NCBI GenBank assembly: GCA_964005815.1
Contig: CAXFSR010000060.1
Location: forward strand, 8,559-72,558
Source: an uncultured Nitrospinaceae bacterium
GTDB taxonomy: Bacteria; UBA8248
Length of the DNA: 64,000 bases
Direction: 5' to 3'
In this document: one piece after another, positions 20,459 through 31,156 of the stretch
Layout: every line of letters starts with the position of its first letter
How positions within the stretch are numbered: the stretch's first letter is position 1
Notes under the pieces: model-generated
Database searches by the model: none
Seen by the model: the letters and a program-made list of their open reading frames with translations, nothing else
What the model was told of the DNA's origin: nothing
Program-made: the position numbers and the translations under genes

Positions 20459-21442
20459 TTACAAATTAAAAAAAGTAATAGCTCCTGCAGTTACTATCGC
20501 ATTTAAAATCGAGACAGGAAGTAAAATCTTCCAACCAAAATCCATCAATTGATCGTATCTCAATCTTGGCGTAGTTGCTCTTAACCACATAAAGAAAAAC
20601 ATGAAAGCAATTACCTTTATTAAAAACCAAACAACTGGAGGCAAAAACGGACCTCTCCATCCTCCCAAAAAGAAAGTAGCACCAACTGCTGAAAGAGTAA
20701 TCATATTGCAGTATTCAGCAAGAAAATATACTGCAAAATGCATACTACTATACTCAGTGTGAAAGCCTCCTGTTAATTCACTTTCAGCCTCAGGCAAATC
20801 AAATGGAGCACGATTCGTCTCTGCTAACATACAAATCACAAACAAAACAAATCCAAGAGGCTGTAAAATAATGAAAGGTAATTCAGATTGTGCATCAACA
20901 ATTCCTTTCAAACTTAATGTTTCAGATAACATCACTACACCAAGAAGTGACAATCCTAATGACAATTCATAACTAATTAGCTGGGCTGCAGAACGAAGTC
21001 CCCCAAGCAAAGGGTATTTACTATTAGAAGACCAGGAACCAAGAACAATTCCGTATACACCCAGTCCACTTAGAGCAAAAATATATAGTATGCCAATATT
21101 TACATCAGCCAAAAACAAATCAATCTGATAGCCAAAAATCTCAACCTGATCTCCAAACGGAATAACTGCAATAGAAGATAACGCTGGAATAAGCGTCAGA
21201 GTAGGAGCTAAAATAAAAACAATTTTATTTGCATCTGCCGGAATCAAAGTTTCTTTGAACATTAGTTTTATTCCATCCGCAATTGGCTGCAGTAGACCCG
21301 CAGGACCAACCCGATTTGGTCCTACTCGAACTTGAACTAAGGCAAAAACTCTCCTTTCCATCCAAGTCATATACGCCGCAAGAATTAACAAGACAGTAAA
21401 AACTACAATCACTTTTATTAAAATTACACCGGCAATCGCCAT
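20459..21442 (-). CDS. nuoH: NADH-quinone oxidoreductase subunit H (operon 1)
   Basis: [31 protein letters not shown]. Confidence 0.95.
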   Translation of the reverse strand: MAIAGVILIKVIVVFTVLLILAAYMTWMERRVFALVQVRVGPNRVGPAGLLQPIADGIKLMFKETLIPADANKIVFILAPTLTLIPALSSIAVIPFGDQVEIFGYQIDLFLADVNIGILYIFALSGLGVYGIVLGSWSSNSKYPLLGGLRSAAQLISYELSLGLSLLGVVMLSETLSLKGIVDAQSELPFIILQPLGFVLFVICMLAETNRAPFDLPEAESELTGGFHTEYSSMHFAVYFLAEYCNMITLSAVGATFFLGGWRGPFLPPVVWFLIKVIAFMFFFMWLRATTPRLRYDQLMDFGWKILLPVSILNAIVTAGAITFFNL

Positions 21443-21454
21443 TTTTTTAAATCC

Positions 21455-23998
21455 CTATAAATTTTCTTTTTTTTCTTCTAAGAGCAAAGAAAACTCTCCA
21501 TTATTTAACAAACTATCATTGTATATTTTCAAAAATCCTTCTGGAGCGAAAACTAGACCAGAAGGAATAGATGGATCAATTTCGACCGGCAATTTTAAAA
21601 TTTTCTCTCCAACTTTAAATTCGACTTCATCCCCATTCGAAATTCCAAGTATTTGTCCATCCGATTCACACATTCTTATACACGCATCTGGCATATCCCA
21701 AAGATGAAATGACGATGAAACATAAACACCAGAAAGAGGCAAATTAGGAGTTAAGATTAATTTGATATCTTGTTCGTCCATCTGTTGCGGATTAGATATT
21801 TCTGGAACTACAAACTGCCCTTCTTTTTCTTGCGATAAACAAATTCCATACTGTTTTGAACCTGTATAAACAAACTCATAATCATCTAAAGATTTAGAAA
21901 TATCAATTTGTATTTTCTCTATAGAATTAGTTTTCATTGGAATTTCCATAGCCTTTGCAATTTCGCTAAATACTTTCCAAGCTTCTTTCCCAAATAAACC
22001 ATTAACAGGTTTAATAGCTCTTCTATTCCTTAAAACTCTTCTCTCTATATTTGTATAAGAACCATTTTCTTCATAAGAGGTTAACGATGGCAGAACTACA
22101 TCTGCAAAAGGGACCGTAGCATTTACATGCGTAGCGTGAACAACGACGAAACAGGAAGATTCCATAGCCTGCCGAACTAATTTTCCATTAGGATGTTCGG
22201 AAACAGGATCACAATCCATCAAATATAAGGAAGAAATTTTCCCAGCTAAAATAGAATCAAAAACTTCTTCACTTCTTTTAAATTCGACGTTTTCTTTATG
22301 TATACCTTTTGCAGAAGAAGAAATCATCATATCAAATGCGCCCTGAAGATTTGGAGGCACACTTGCAAAAAAGAAATTACAGTCAAGAATTTTAGCGAGA
22401 TTCAATATCTCTGAATTTAGAGAGAGACTTTGGATAAAAGGTCCAATGACGAAGGTAAGATTATCTTTATTTGTTATTAATCTAGTCGTAATTTCCTCTA
22501 AGAGCGACATCTCCATTTCAGTTTCATCCGTATTTTCATCAGAAATCCTTTTCAGAAATTCATCTAGCCCATCAAATCCTTTTGGATTATTTCCATTGCT
22601 AAAATTAGACACTCCATCTGGAAAGAGTTTTCTAGAGACAATCTTTTGAATTGCTTTAATGAAATTAATCTCTTGACCTATTGAAGGAATAAAATGAGAC
22701 ATTCTACTATTTAGACGCAAATCGATTTTTCTAGGATTAATACTATCTATAAAAGCGCCTTTTGAATGGGCTTTTCTTATCTGAAGAGCTAAAATTGGAT
22801 TTTCTAGAAAAGGATCAGAACCGAATAAAACAATTTGACTCGAATTTGACAAATCCGATAATGTAGCAAAACCACCGGTGTGACCGAACACAGAAGTTTG
22901 TGCAACCGTTTGAGAAAAATCACGTGGATGTATTCTACAATCTATTTGTTCGCTTTCTAAAACAGTTCGAAAGAATTTTTGGAACTGGTATGCAGCTTCA
23001 TTACTTGAATAAGAACCACCCAAACCTGCAAACGAGTTCCCACCATTTATTTGTTTTAAAGAAATATACTTATCTGCTATATATTGAACTGCTTCACCCC
23101 AATTAACCTCTTTCAAAATACCGTCTACTTTAATCATTGGTTTGCTAATTCTGTTTTCAGCATGGACTCCACTCCAACCATACCGTGCAACATCACATAT
23201 CCAGGTATCATTGACTTCTGGATTTTCAGAAGCTGTTACTCTTTTCAAAATACCCTCTTGCGACCAAACGCTTTGCTTACAACCAATACTACACAGAGTA
23301 CACGAAGTATCGATATGTTCCATCTCCCATACTCTTGAAGTAAAACGATATTTGTTGTCAGTGAGAGCACCTACTGGACAAATATCAATTACATTTCCTG
23401 AAACTATACTAGAAAGAGGGAGATCCTCATAAATTCCTACTTCCGTTTTATCTCCTCTAAAAGCCCAACCAAATTCTTCACCACCATCAATTTCGGAAGT
23501 AAATCTTATACAGCGTGTACAATGAACACAACGATTCATTTCAGGTTTAATAAAGGGACTAATTTCTTTCTTAGGAAAGATTCTTCTGAGTTCTTGAGTA
23601 CGACTTATTGCATTGGCATAAGACATTGTTTGGTCTTGCAACGGACACTCTCCACCCTGATCACATACAGGACAGTCCAAAGGATGATTTTTTAATAGAA
23701 ATTCGAAAACACCCTTTTGAGCTTCATCTACCTTCGGTGTTTCAGAACTTACAACCATTCCTTCAGAAGGAAACGTTGCGCAGGAAGGCTGTAACTTGGG
23801 AATTGGTTTTCCATTTCCCGCATCTGTAATTTCTACTAAACATGCACGACACTGACCAACCACGGAAAGATTTTTGTGATAACAAAAATGAGGAATATGT
23901 ATACCCGCATCTAGGGCAGCTTGAATAATAGGCTCACCGTGTTTTGCCTTTAATTCTTTTCCATTAAAAATAAAATTTATTTTTGATTCCTGTGACAA
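21455..23998 (-). CDS. nuoG: NADH-quinone oxidoreductase subunit G (operon 1)
   Basis: N1b CYH..GQCRAC..PSC, N5 HPLDCPVCDQGGEC, N4 CVHCTRC..CPVG, N7 CTLCSIGC..WICD. Confidence 0.95.
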   Translation of the reverse strand: MSQESKINFIFNGKELKAKHGEPIIQAALDAGIHIPHFCYHKNLSVVGQCRACLVEITDAGNGKPIPKLQPSCATFPSEGMVVSSETPKVDEAQKGVFEFLLKNHPLDCPVCDQGGECPLQDQTMSYANAISRTQELRRIFPKKEISPFIKPEMNRCVHCTRCIRFTSEIDGGEEFGWAFRGDKTEVGIYEDLPLSSIVSGNVIDICPVGALTDNKYRFTSRVWEMEHIDTSCTLCSIGCKQSVWSQEGILKRVTASENPEVNDTWICDVARYGWSGVHAENRISKPMIKVDGILKEVNWGEAVQYIADKYISLKQINGGNSFAGLGGSYSSNEAAYQFQKFFRTVLESEQIDCRIHPRDFSQTVAQTSVFGHTGGFATLSDLSNSSQIVLFGSDPFLENPILALQIRKAHSKGAFIDSINPRKIDLRLNSRMSHFIPSIGQEINFIKAIQKIVSRKLFPDGVSNFSNGNNPKGFDGLDEFLKRISDENTDETEMEMSLLEEITTRLITNKDNLTFVIGPFIQSLSLNSEILNLAKILDCNFFFASVPPNLQGAFDMMISSSAKGIHKENVEFKRSEEVFDSILAGKISSLYLMDCDPVSEHPNGKLVRQAMESSCFVVVHATHVNATVPFADVVLPSLTSYEENGSYTNIERRVLRNRRAIKPVNGLFGKEAWKVFSEIAKAMEIPMKTNSIEKIQIDISKSLDDYEFVYTGSKQYGICLSQEKEGQFVVPEISNPQQMDEQDIKLILTPNLPLSGVYVSSSFHLWDMPDACIRMCESDGQILGISNGDEVEFKVGEKILKLPVEIDPSIPSGLVFAPEGFLKIYNDSLLNNGEFSLLLEEKKENL

Positions 23999-24023
23999 AC
24001 TGAATCTCCAATACTAATTTTAA

Positions 24024-25325
24024 TTACACCGAATATGGACTGTTAAGAGGACAACATTTCTTGCTGATATGCTCCTCAAATTCATTCTGGAATTTATTTA
24101 AAATTGCTCCAAACATCATCGCACATGCATCCGATAGAACACATATAGTGTTTCCTCGCATGTTTGGGTCAATTGACTTTAAAGTCGAAATATCTTCCTT
24201 GACCCCTTTTCCACTTTCTATGCGAGATATTATTTCGGAAACCCATCCTGTTCCTTCTCGACAAACTGAACACTGGCCGCAAGATTCATGCTCGAAGAAA
24301 CGAGAAAGTCTAGCGGCAACTTCTACCATACAGGTTGATTCGTCCATTACAACAACACCGCCACTTCCACCCATACTTCCTGCTGCAGCCAAAGAATCAA
24401 AATCCATCTTTATTTTATCTTCGTAAACTTCCTTTGAGGTTAAAACTGGAGCACTTGCACCACCTGGAATAACTGCTTTTAATTTTTTGCCATCAATTAT
24501 TCCGCCACAATGCTCTTCAATGATCTCCTCACAAGTAAGCCCGAGAGGCAATTCATAGAGTCCTGGTTTTTTTACATGTCCAGAAACACAGTACATACGA
24601 GTTCCAGAATTTTTCTCATTTATCCCTATCTGGGAAAACCAGTCCGCACCTTTATTAATAATATGAGGAAGATTACTAAGCGTTTCTACATTATTAATTA
24701 CCGTTGGACGACCATACAAACCTTCAACTGCAGGAAAAGGGGGTTTTAAACGTGGATGACCTCGCTTTCCTTCTAATGATTCTAGTAAACCAGTTTCCTC
24801 GCCACAAATATATGCACCAGCTCCCGAATGGACATATATGTCACAATCAAAATTACTACCAAAAACATTTTTACCTACATAACCCCTTTCATATGCCTCT
24901 CGGAGTGCCTTTTCTACAACCAAAATAGGAGCAGAATATTCCCCACGAATATAAATGTAGGCCTTCTCTATTCCAACCGCATAACAAGTAATTAAAATTC
25001 CTTCAATTAATTGATGCGGATCTCGAAGCATCAATTCTCGATCTTTGAAAGTTCCTGGTTCACCTTCATCAGCATTAACAGCCAAATATTTTGGCCCATC
25101 AACTTTAGGCACAAAACTCCATTTCAATCCACATGGGAAACCTGCTCCACCTCTTCCTCGAAGACCAGATGTTTTTACAATTTCAATAACGTCTTCGCTT
25201 GAGATATTTTTGTCTAAAATAGATCGGATTGCCTGATAACCCGAGGTTTTTTCATAAGCATCTATTTTTTGACATGCAGGATCTTCAAAACGCGATGTTA
25301 CAATTTTTTCTAAAGTAAAATTCAT
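24024..25325 (-). CDS. nuoF: NADH-quinone oxidoreductase subunit F (operon 1)
   Basis: GRGGAGF, NADEGEPGTFKD, GAGAYICGEET, SCGQCSVCREG. Confidence 0.97.
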   Translation of the reverse strand: MNFTLEKIVTSRFEDPACQKIDAYEKTSGYQAIRSILDKNISSEDVIEIVKTSGLRGRGGAGFPCGLKWSFVPKVDGPKYLAVNADEGEPGTFKDRELMLRDPHQLIEGILITCYAVGIEKAYIYIRGEYSAPILVVEKALREAYERGYVGKNVFGSNFDCDIYVHSGAGAYICGEETGLLESLEGKRGHPRLKPPFPAVEGLYGRPTVINNVETLSNLPHIINKGADWFSQIGINEKNSGTRMYCVSGHVKKPGLYELPLGLTCEEIIEEHCGGIIDGKKLKAVIPGGASAPVLTSKEVYEDKIKMDFDSLAAAGSMGGSGGVVVMDESTCMVEVAARLSRFFEHESCGQCSVCREGTGWVSEIISRIESGKGVKEDISTLKSIDPNMRGNTICVLSDACAMMFGAILNKFQNEFEEHISKKCCPLNSPYSV

Positions 25326-25344
25326 AATTTAATCCATAAAAAAA

Positions 25345-25959
25345 TCATTCTAAAATAGTCTTTGTTTTATTTTCACTTGAAGCGAATGAACTCTCTTTTG
25401 TCAAATTTAAAGCAACTTCATCTGCTCCTATCGGAGCAACTACTTCACCTTTCTCCAGAGAAACTATAATTGGTTCTAAAATTTCTTCTGTTAAATTTTC
25501 AAAATAATCGGTATTGATTATTAAACAAGGGGCACCTCCACATGCACCAAGACATTCGACTCTTTCTATAGAAAATTTTTTATCCGAACGAGTTTTCCCA
25601 GAAGCACAATCCAAGCGTTTTTCTAGAAAGTTAATTAATTTTCCTGCCCCCATTAATGCACAAGATAAATTATCACAAACTTGAAAATGGAACTCGCCCA
25701 AATCGTTCGTTTTTAACATTGTATAAAAACTAACTACGCTCCAAATTTCCATTGCTGAGGTTTCAAAATATCCCGCTAAATACTGCATAGCTTTACTTGA
25801 AATTTTTCCCTCCTGTTTTTGAATAAGTATCAATGCAGGAATGAGCGCAGAACGCTTGACAGGATATTTTTTAACAATCCTTTCAAGTTCTTCTTTGTTT
25901 TCGTCTGAAAATTCAAAATCTTCTTCATCTGAAGAATTTGGAAAGTGTGCAAAAACCAA
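25345..25959 (-). CDS. nuoE: NADH-quinone oxidoreductase subunit E (operon 1)
   Basis: CDNLSC...ECLGACGGAP 2Fe-2S motif. Confidence 0.95.
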   Translation of the reverse strand: MVFAHFPNSSDEEDFEFSDENKEELERIVKKYPVKRSALIPALILIQKQEGKISSKAMQYLAGYFETSAMEIWSVVSFYTMLKTNDLGEFHFQVCDNLSCALMGAGKLINFLEKRLDCASGKTRSDKKFSIERVECLGACGGAPCLIINTDYFENLTEEILEPIIVSLEKGEVVAPIGADEVALNLTKESSFASSENKTKTILE

Positions 25960-25978
25960 GCGAAATTACTCCTTAAAT

Positions 25979-27202
25979 TTAACGATCAATTTCACCTAAA
26001 ACAATATCAATACTTCCTATTGCAGCAACCACATCACCAATTAAACATTCTGAAGTGATCTCAGAAAGTGAATGTAAATTTGCAAAACTTGGGGCTCTCA
26101 CTTTTACTTTATATGGTTTTGTGCCCCCATCACTTATAATAAAATAACCAAGCTCCCCGCGTGGAGACTCAATAACTTGATAGACCTCACCAGCCGGCAC
26201 GTCATATCCTTCAGTAAAAATCTTAAAATGATGAATTAAAGCCTCCATATCATGAGACAGTTGTTCCTTAGGAGCAGGAACAACTTTAGGAGCATTAGAC
26301 ATTAAAGGTCCTTCTGGCATCCCCTCTAGAACTTGTGTAGCAATTTTCTGAGATTCACGCATTTCCGAAATACGAACTGAATATCGATCAAAAACATCAC
26401 CATTTTTTCCAATCGGAATATTAAAATCGAATTCCTGATAACAAGAATATGGCTCTTTCTTTCTTATATCGTAAGAAACTCCACAAGCCCTAAGTATAGG
26501 ACCTGTAATTCCAAGAGCAAATGCTTTCTCTTTCGTGATTGGACAAGTTCCTTCTGTACGCCTTCTAAAAATAGGGTTGTTAGTAAGCAATTCTTCGTAA
26601 TCATTCACTCTACTAATAAAGTCCTTCAAAAAAACTTCACAATCTGAGTAAAATTCGGGATAAGGTTCTCTTGCGACCCCACCAACCCTAAAATAACTTG
26701 TCATCATACGAACACCTGATACTTTTTCAAAAATCTTTAAGAGTTTTTCTCTTTCTCGAAAACAGTAAAGGAAAACCGTCATCGCACCTAAATCTAGAGC
26801 ATGTGTCCCCAACCATACAAGATGACTATTTAAACGGGTAAGTTCTACTAGTAAGACTCGCAAATAGGAACATCTTCGAGTAATTTCAATACCAAGAAGT
26901 TTCTCTACAGCAAGTACATATCCTAAGTTATTTGACATGGGTGCGAGATAATCCATTCTATCTGTCATAGGTAAAGCTTTATTAAAAGTCTTAACCTCCA
27001 TATTTTTTTCTATCCCTGTATGAAGGTATCCAATTACAGGCTTACAAGATTTAACAGTTTCCCCCTCTAACTCTAAAGACACTCTTAAAACACCGTGAGT
27101 AGAGGGATGTTGTGGACCCATGTTAAGGGTCATCCTCTCCGTGCCAATGGGTCCTAGAGTCTCTTCGTTATAATCTTGTTCTTCTTCTAATTCTATAGAC
27201 AT
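25979..27202 (-). CDS. nuoD: NADH-quinone oxidoreductase subunit D (operon 1)
   Basis: GPQHPSTHGVLR, MEALIHHFK, DIVLGEIDR. Confidence 0.96.
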   Translation of the reverse strand: MSIELEEEQDYNEETLGPIGTERMTLNMGPQHPSTHGVLRVSLELEGETVKSCKPVIGYLHTGIEKNMEVKTFNKALPMTDRMDYLAPMSNNLGYVLAVEKLLGIEITRRCSYLRVLLVELTRLNSHLVWLGTHALDLGAMTVFLYCFREREKLLKIFEKVSGVRMMTSYFRVGGVAREPYPEFYSDCEVFLKDFISRVNDYEELLTNNPIFRRRTEGTCPITKEKAFALGITGPILRACGVSYDIRKKEPYSCYQEFDFNIPIGKNGDVFDRYSVRISEMRESQKIATQVLEGMPEGPLMSNAPKVVPAPKEQLSHDMEALIHHFKIFTEGYDVPAGEVYQVIESPRGELGYFIISDGGTKPYKVKVRAPSFANLHSLSEITSECLIGDVVAAIGSIDIVLGEIDR

Positions 27203-27228
27203 AATTATGTAATCTCTTTAATTTAAAC

Positions 27229-27789
27229 TTATTCTTTAGCAGAAGGCTTACCATCAGGAGTAGGGCGAAAACTAAATTCTACTGTTTCAGACGATACATC
27301 AAAATCTTTACGATGCGGGAAACCCTCAAATCCTTCAGGAGTAAAAATTCTTTCTAAATTTGGATGCCCTTCAAAATGAATACCAACTAAATCAAAAGCT
27401 TCTGACTCGTGATAATTTGCACCAGTCCAAACAGAACAAACACTAGGCAAACTAGGCATTAAATCATTTTCACAGAACACTTCTAAACGAATACGCTTAC
27501 TTCTTTCAAAATCGAGGAGTGAGTACACAACTTTAAATCTATATTCCAGATTCAGTTCAAGACAATCCACTCCCGCTAGAAAACTGAGTTGCTTGAAATT
27601 TCTTTCTTTTAATAAAAAATCTGAAACACTGAGAAGTTCGGAAGGAGAAATCTGAACCGTAATTTGATCTAAATATTCAAAAAAAAGAAGGTTTGAACTA
27701 TGAAAATTTTTTTTTAAAGCGATAACATCTTCGTCTTGATCTAAGATGTTATTTCCAGCAATACCTTCATCTTCAATTTGACTCTGCAT
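27229..27789 (-). CDS. nuoC: NADH-quinone oxidoreductase subunit C (operon 1)
   Basis: ESEAFDLVGIHFEGHPNLERI, PHRKDF. Confidence 0.93.
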   Translation of the reverse strand: MQSQIEDEGIAGNNILDQDEDVIALKKNFHSSNLLFFEYLDQITVQISPSELLSVSDFLLKERNFKQLSFLAGVDCLELNLEYRFKVVYSLLDFERSKRIRLEVFCENDLMPSLPSVCSVWTGANYHESEAFDLVGIHFEGHPNLERIFTPEGFEGFPHRKDFDVSSETVEFSFRPTPDGKPSAKE

Positions 27790-27838
27790 CTTTTACCCTT
27801 TGTATCTTTCACCTAAAAAATGGAAATCAACTGAGGAT

Positions 27839-28315
27839 TTAATTCTTAACAAGACCTTCTGCCTCAATTTTCTTTTGAAGTTTCAAAATCCCGTCTATGA
27901 GTGTCTCCGGCCTAGGAGGACAACCAGGCACATAAATATCAACAGGCACTACCTCATCCACTCCCTGAACAAGGGCATAATTATTAAAAACACCTCCTGT
28001 TGAAGCACAAGCCCCCATTGAAATGACCCATTTTGGTTCTGGCATTTGATCATAAATCTGTCTTAAAACTGGCGCCATCTTTTTTGACACTCTGCCCGCA
28101 ACAATCATTAAGTCAGCTTGTCTAGGAGAAGCACGAAAAACCTCGGCTCCAAATCGAGAAATGTCATATTTCGAAGCAGAAGTAGACATCATTTCTATAG
28201 CACAACACGCGAGACCAAATAGTGCAGGCCACAGACTGTTTTTTCTAGCCCATTTTATTGCATCAGATATCCTACCTAGAACAACACTACCTTCCAATTT
28301 TTCTTCTAATCCCAA
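27839..28315 (-). CDS. nuoB: NADH-quinone oxidoreductase subunit B (operon 1)
   Basis: [21 protein letters not shown]; probable TTG start at 28315 behind GAGGGG. Confidence 0.95.
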   Translation of the reverse strand: MGLEEKLEGSVVLGRISDAIKWARKNSLWPALFGLACCAIEMMSTSASKYDISRFGAEVFRASPRQADLMIVAGRVSKKMAPVLRQIYDQMPEPKWVISMGACASTGGVFNNYALVQGVDEVVPVDIYVPGCPPRPETLIDGILKLQKKIEAEGLVKN

Positions 28316-28662
28316 TCTAAAGCCCCTCTTTTCCACTCATAAATTAAGCTTGCAAAAAGTAAAAAAACAAAAGGCATCACTGCCACAAAACCAAAAACCC
28401 CAAGACTTTTCAAATTAACAGCCCATGGATATAAAAAAATTATTTCAACATCAAAGACAATAAAGAGAATTGCTACCAAAAAGAATTGTATTGAAAAACG
28501 TCCTCGTGCACTCGTTTCTGGTATAATTCCGCATTCATAAGCTACATTCTTTTTGTTTGAAGGAGTTCTCTTCCCAAACAAAAAAGTTATACAAATATTT
28601 AAAAAAGCAAAACAAGTTGCTAATCCAATCATCATGAAAATAGGGAGAAAATCTTGAGACAA
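28306..28662 (-). CDS. nuoA: NADH-quinone oxidoreductase subunit A (operon 1)
   Basis: [22 protein letters not shown]. Confidence 0.95.
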   Translation of the reverse strand: MSQDFLPIFMMIGLATCFAFLNICITFLFGKRTPSNKKNVAYECGIIPETSARGRFSIQFFLVAILFIVFDVEIIFLYPWAVNLKSLGVFGFVAVMPFVFLLFASLIYEWKRGALDWD

Positions 28663-28721
28663 ATTAAACCTCTAAAACTTAAAAATAAAATGAAAAAACA
28701 AAATCTGTAAAACTCAGGAGC

Positions 28722-28751
28722 ATATTAGGGATGGTGGGGGGCAAGTGTCAA
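28722..28751 (-). promoter_or_regulatory. sigma70-type promoter for nuo operon 1
   Basis: Minus strand TTGACA-18 bp-TAATAT, about 60 bp upstream of nuoA. Confidence 0.55.
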
Positions 28752-28763
28752 CATTTACTCGGA

Positions 28764-29633
28764 TTAACCTAACAGAATTAAAATCACAAGCCCTGATATA
28801 ATTATTGACCCACCAAAAAAAACTTCCCAAAAACGTTCCCTTTCTTTAAAAAAAACATATCCAATGAATATAGCAAGCAAAACTTCTGTCTGCCTAACTG
28901 ATTCTACATATGATGCAAAAGTCATTTGATATGCTTCTGCGAGAATCAAGCTATTAAGAGCAGCAAAAAAACCTAACGCTAAAAAATCTTTCCAAGAAGA
29001 AGAGATTTTTGATAAACCTGATGTTGATTTATAAAACGCTATTGGTAACGTAAAGACAAATGCAGCCGTATACGTACCAAATGTTCCCATAGGTCCACTT
29101 GAAGAAGCTGCCGCCCATTTAAAGGTTAGCGCTGAAGGTGCAAACATGATTGATGAAATTAAAGCATATCTCATCCCTTTGTCTTTAAAAAGTATTCTTA
29201 ATGGCTCCCAAAATGATATTTTTGACCTAGAAACATTAAGAAAATAAACTCCCAAAAGAGTAATTAAAATACCAATGACACCAAAAAAAGTAGGAGTATC
29301 GTCAGCAGTAAAATATTCAAGCAACATCAGCCATACAATTGAAATCTTCCAAAGTGCTGTTACAGCACCAATGCTTCCGTATAATAGCGCTTTCGATAGT
29401 GCAAGTGTGGCAACAGTTTGTGACACTGCAAAAATACTACAAGCAATATAAAAATCGGTATGGATTTTAGGAATACCAGTCAAAAAGAGGACTACTCCTG
29501 CAAATGGCAATGTCATAAAAAATCGACCTAAAACATTTATATATTCATCTAGATTATGTCCAATCGATTTCATAGATACGTTTCTTAACACTTGAGCCAT
29601 TGCAGAAACAAGAGATAAGGCGATCCAGTCCAA
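28764..29633 (-). CDS. EamA/DMT-family transporter
   Basis: About 10 TM segments in two repeats; C-terminal FFKERE...GG.II..G. Confidence 0.8.
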   Translation of the reverse strand: MDWIALSLVSAMAQVLRNVSMKSIGHNLDEYINVLGRFFMTLPFAGVVLFLTGIPKIHTDFYIACSIFAVSQTVATLALSKALLYGSIGAVTALWKISIVWLMLLEYFTADDTPTFFGVIGILITLLGVYFLNVSRSKISFWEPLRILFKDKGMRYALISSIMFAPSALTFKWAAASSSGPMGTFGTYTAAFVFTLPIAFYKSTSGLSKISSSWKDFLALGFFAALNSLILAEAYQMTFASYVESVRQTEVLLAIFIGYVFFKERERFWEVFFGGSIIISGLVILILLG

Positions 29634-29785
29634 AAGAAACTCCTACACAACAATTATTTATAGTGAAAACGAAAAGATTATACCTAGAATTTCAAAAAAG
29701 TGTTTCTTCTTTCTCTTAAAAATTAACTTTGAGTTCAAGCCCACTATGTTATACGATCAATAAAAATCTAATCTGGAGAGTAACA

Positions 29786-30805
29786 ATGATAGAGAAAGAC
29801 GTATTCATTTTCGATAACGTTGTCCACATGTACGATTATTCCGACGAAAATTTAAAATCAAAAGAGAGCGATTTTGATAGACAATATCATTTAAATAAAG
29901 TTCTTGGTCGAAGACAAAAATCAGCAAATGATATTTACTCTTCTTGGGACCCCATTAAAGGGTTTGCTAGAAAATGGACTTCTGAAGACCTAGGAAAATT
30001 GCTTTTTGAGGATTCTGGAACAGATATGGCAATGGCTCAAGCAGTTCCTTTATTCGACCTATATAAAGACGGTTTTGCTCCCGTGAAAGCACAATATGAA
30101 TTTTCAAAAACCTATCCAGAAAGAGTTTTATTTTGCGGTGCAGTTGATCCTATGTACCCAAGTTTAGAGGGAGCACTAGAACAAATGGAAGAACAGGTCA
30201 AAGTAATGGGCGCAAAATCAATTAAAATATACAATGCACATGTAGATGGAAAATCTTGGGCATGTGATGATCCTGAAATTGCCTATCCTCTCTACGAAAA
30301 AGGTCTTGAACTTGGAATGAAAATTTTTCAGTTCCATAAAGGCAATCCAATTACTAGAGCAAGTTTAAGGGATCTTTCCCCACTAGATATTGAAAGAGCT
30401 GCTATGGATTTCCCAGATTTGTCTTTTGGAATACATCATCTAGCCGTCCCATATTTTGAAGAAACCGTTTGGATTGCCTCTAGATACCCAAATGTTTTCT
30501 TAGTTCTTTCAGGGATAGGACATACTCCTATGGTCGCACCTAGAACTTTCAAAGAGTGGATAGGAAGGCTACTAAGGGACGTAGGTTCTGATCGAATTCT
30601 CTGGGGATCAGAAGCACCACTCCTTGGAAATCCAAGACCTATCCTAGAATGGATATGGAACATGAAAATTGACGAACAACTTCAAGAGGATTACGGTTAT
30701 CCAGAAATTACAGAAGAAGACAAAAGAAAAATCTTAGCAGAGAACCAGGCAAGATTATTTAATATAAATCTAGAATCTAAGAAAAAAGAATTTTTCAATA
30801 AATAA
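29786..30805 (+). CDS. Amidohydrolase-2 (TIM-barrel metallo-hydrolase) family protein, divergent
   Basis: FIFDNVVH, IKIY, QFHKG, IHH, RILWGSE, KRKILAENQARLF; ATG at 29786 behind GGAG. Confidence 0.8.
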   Translation: MIEKDVFIFDNVVHMYDYSDENLKSKESDFDRQYHLNKVLGRRQKSANDIYSSWDPIKGFARKWTSEDLGKLLFEDSGTDMAMAQAVPLFDLYKDGFAPVKAQYEFSKTYPERVLFCGAVDPMYPSLEGALEQMEEQVKVMGAKSIKIYNAHVDGKSWACDDPEIAYPLYEKGLELGMKIFQFHKGNPITRASLRDLSPLDIERAAMDFPDLSFGIHHLAVPYFEETVWIASRYPNVFLVLSGIGHTPMVAPRTFKEWIGRLLRDVGSDRILWGSEAPLLGNPRPILEWIWNMKIDEQLQEDYGYPEITEEDKRKILAENQARLFNINLESKKKEFFNK

Positions 30806-30822
30806 AATGGTGCGATTTCCCT

Positions 30823-31131
30823 ATGCAAGAACATGAACTAGAAAAAGATATTAACAACCTCATAGAAACACAAATCAAACCACTTCTAAAAATACATGGA
30901 GGTGGTATACGCTTTATTAAAATAACCGAAGATAAAACAGTTCAACTTGCCTTTGAGGGAGCTTGTCTTGGATGTCCTTTGAAGAGTGTTACCTATGCAC
31001 TCGGTGTAAGACAAAGATTATTACAACATCCAGAAATTCACGAAGTAGAAATTGAAGGGGTACGTTTATCTAGAGCTGCATTGAATAGAGTAGAAAAAAC
31101 TTTTTCTGGCTATTCCTTTTGGGAAAACTAA
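30823..31131 (+). CDS. NifU/Nfu C-terminal domain protein
   Basis: IKPLLKIHGGGI, FEGACLGCP (CxxC). Confidence 0.85.
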   Translation: MQEHELEKDINNLIETQIKPLLKIHGGGIRFIKITEDKTVQLAFEGACLGCPLKSVTYALGVRQRLLQHPEIHEVEIEGVRLSRAALNRVEKTFSGYSFWEN

Positions 31132-31156
31132 AAATACTCCTATCAGGGAATAATAA

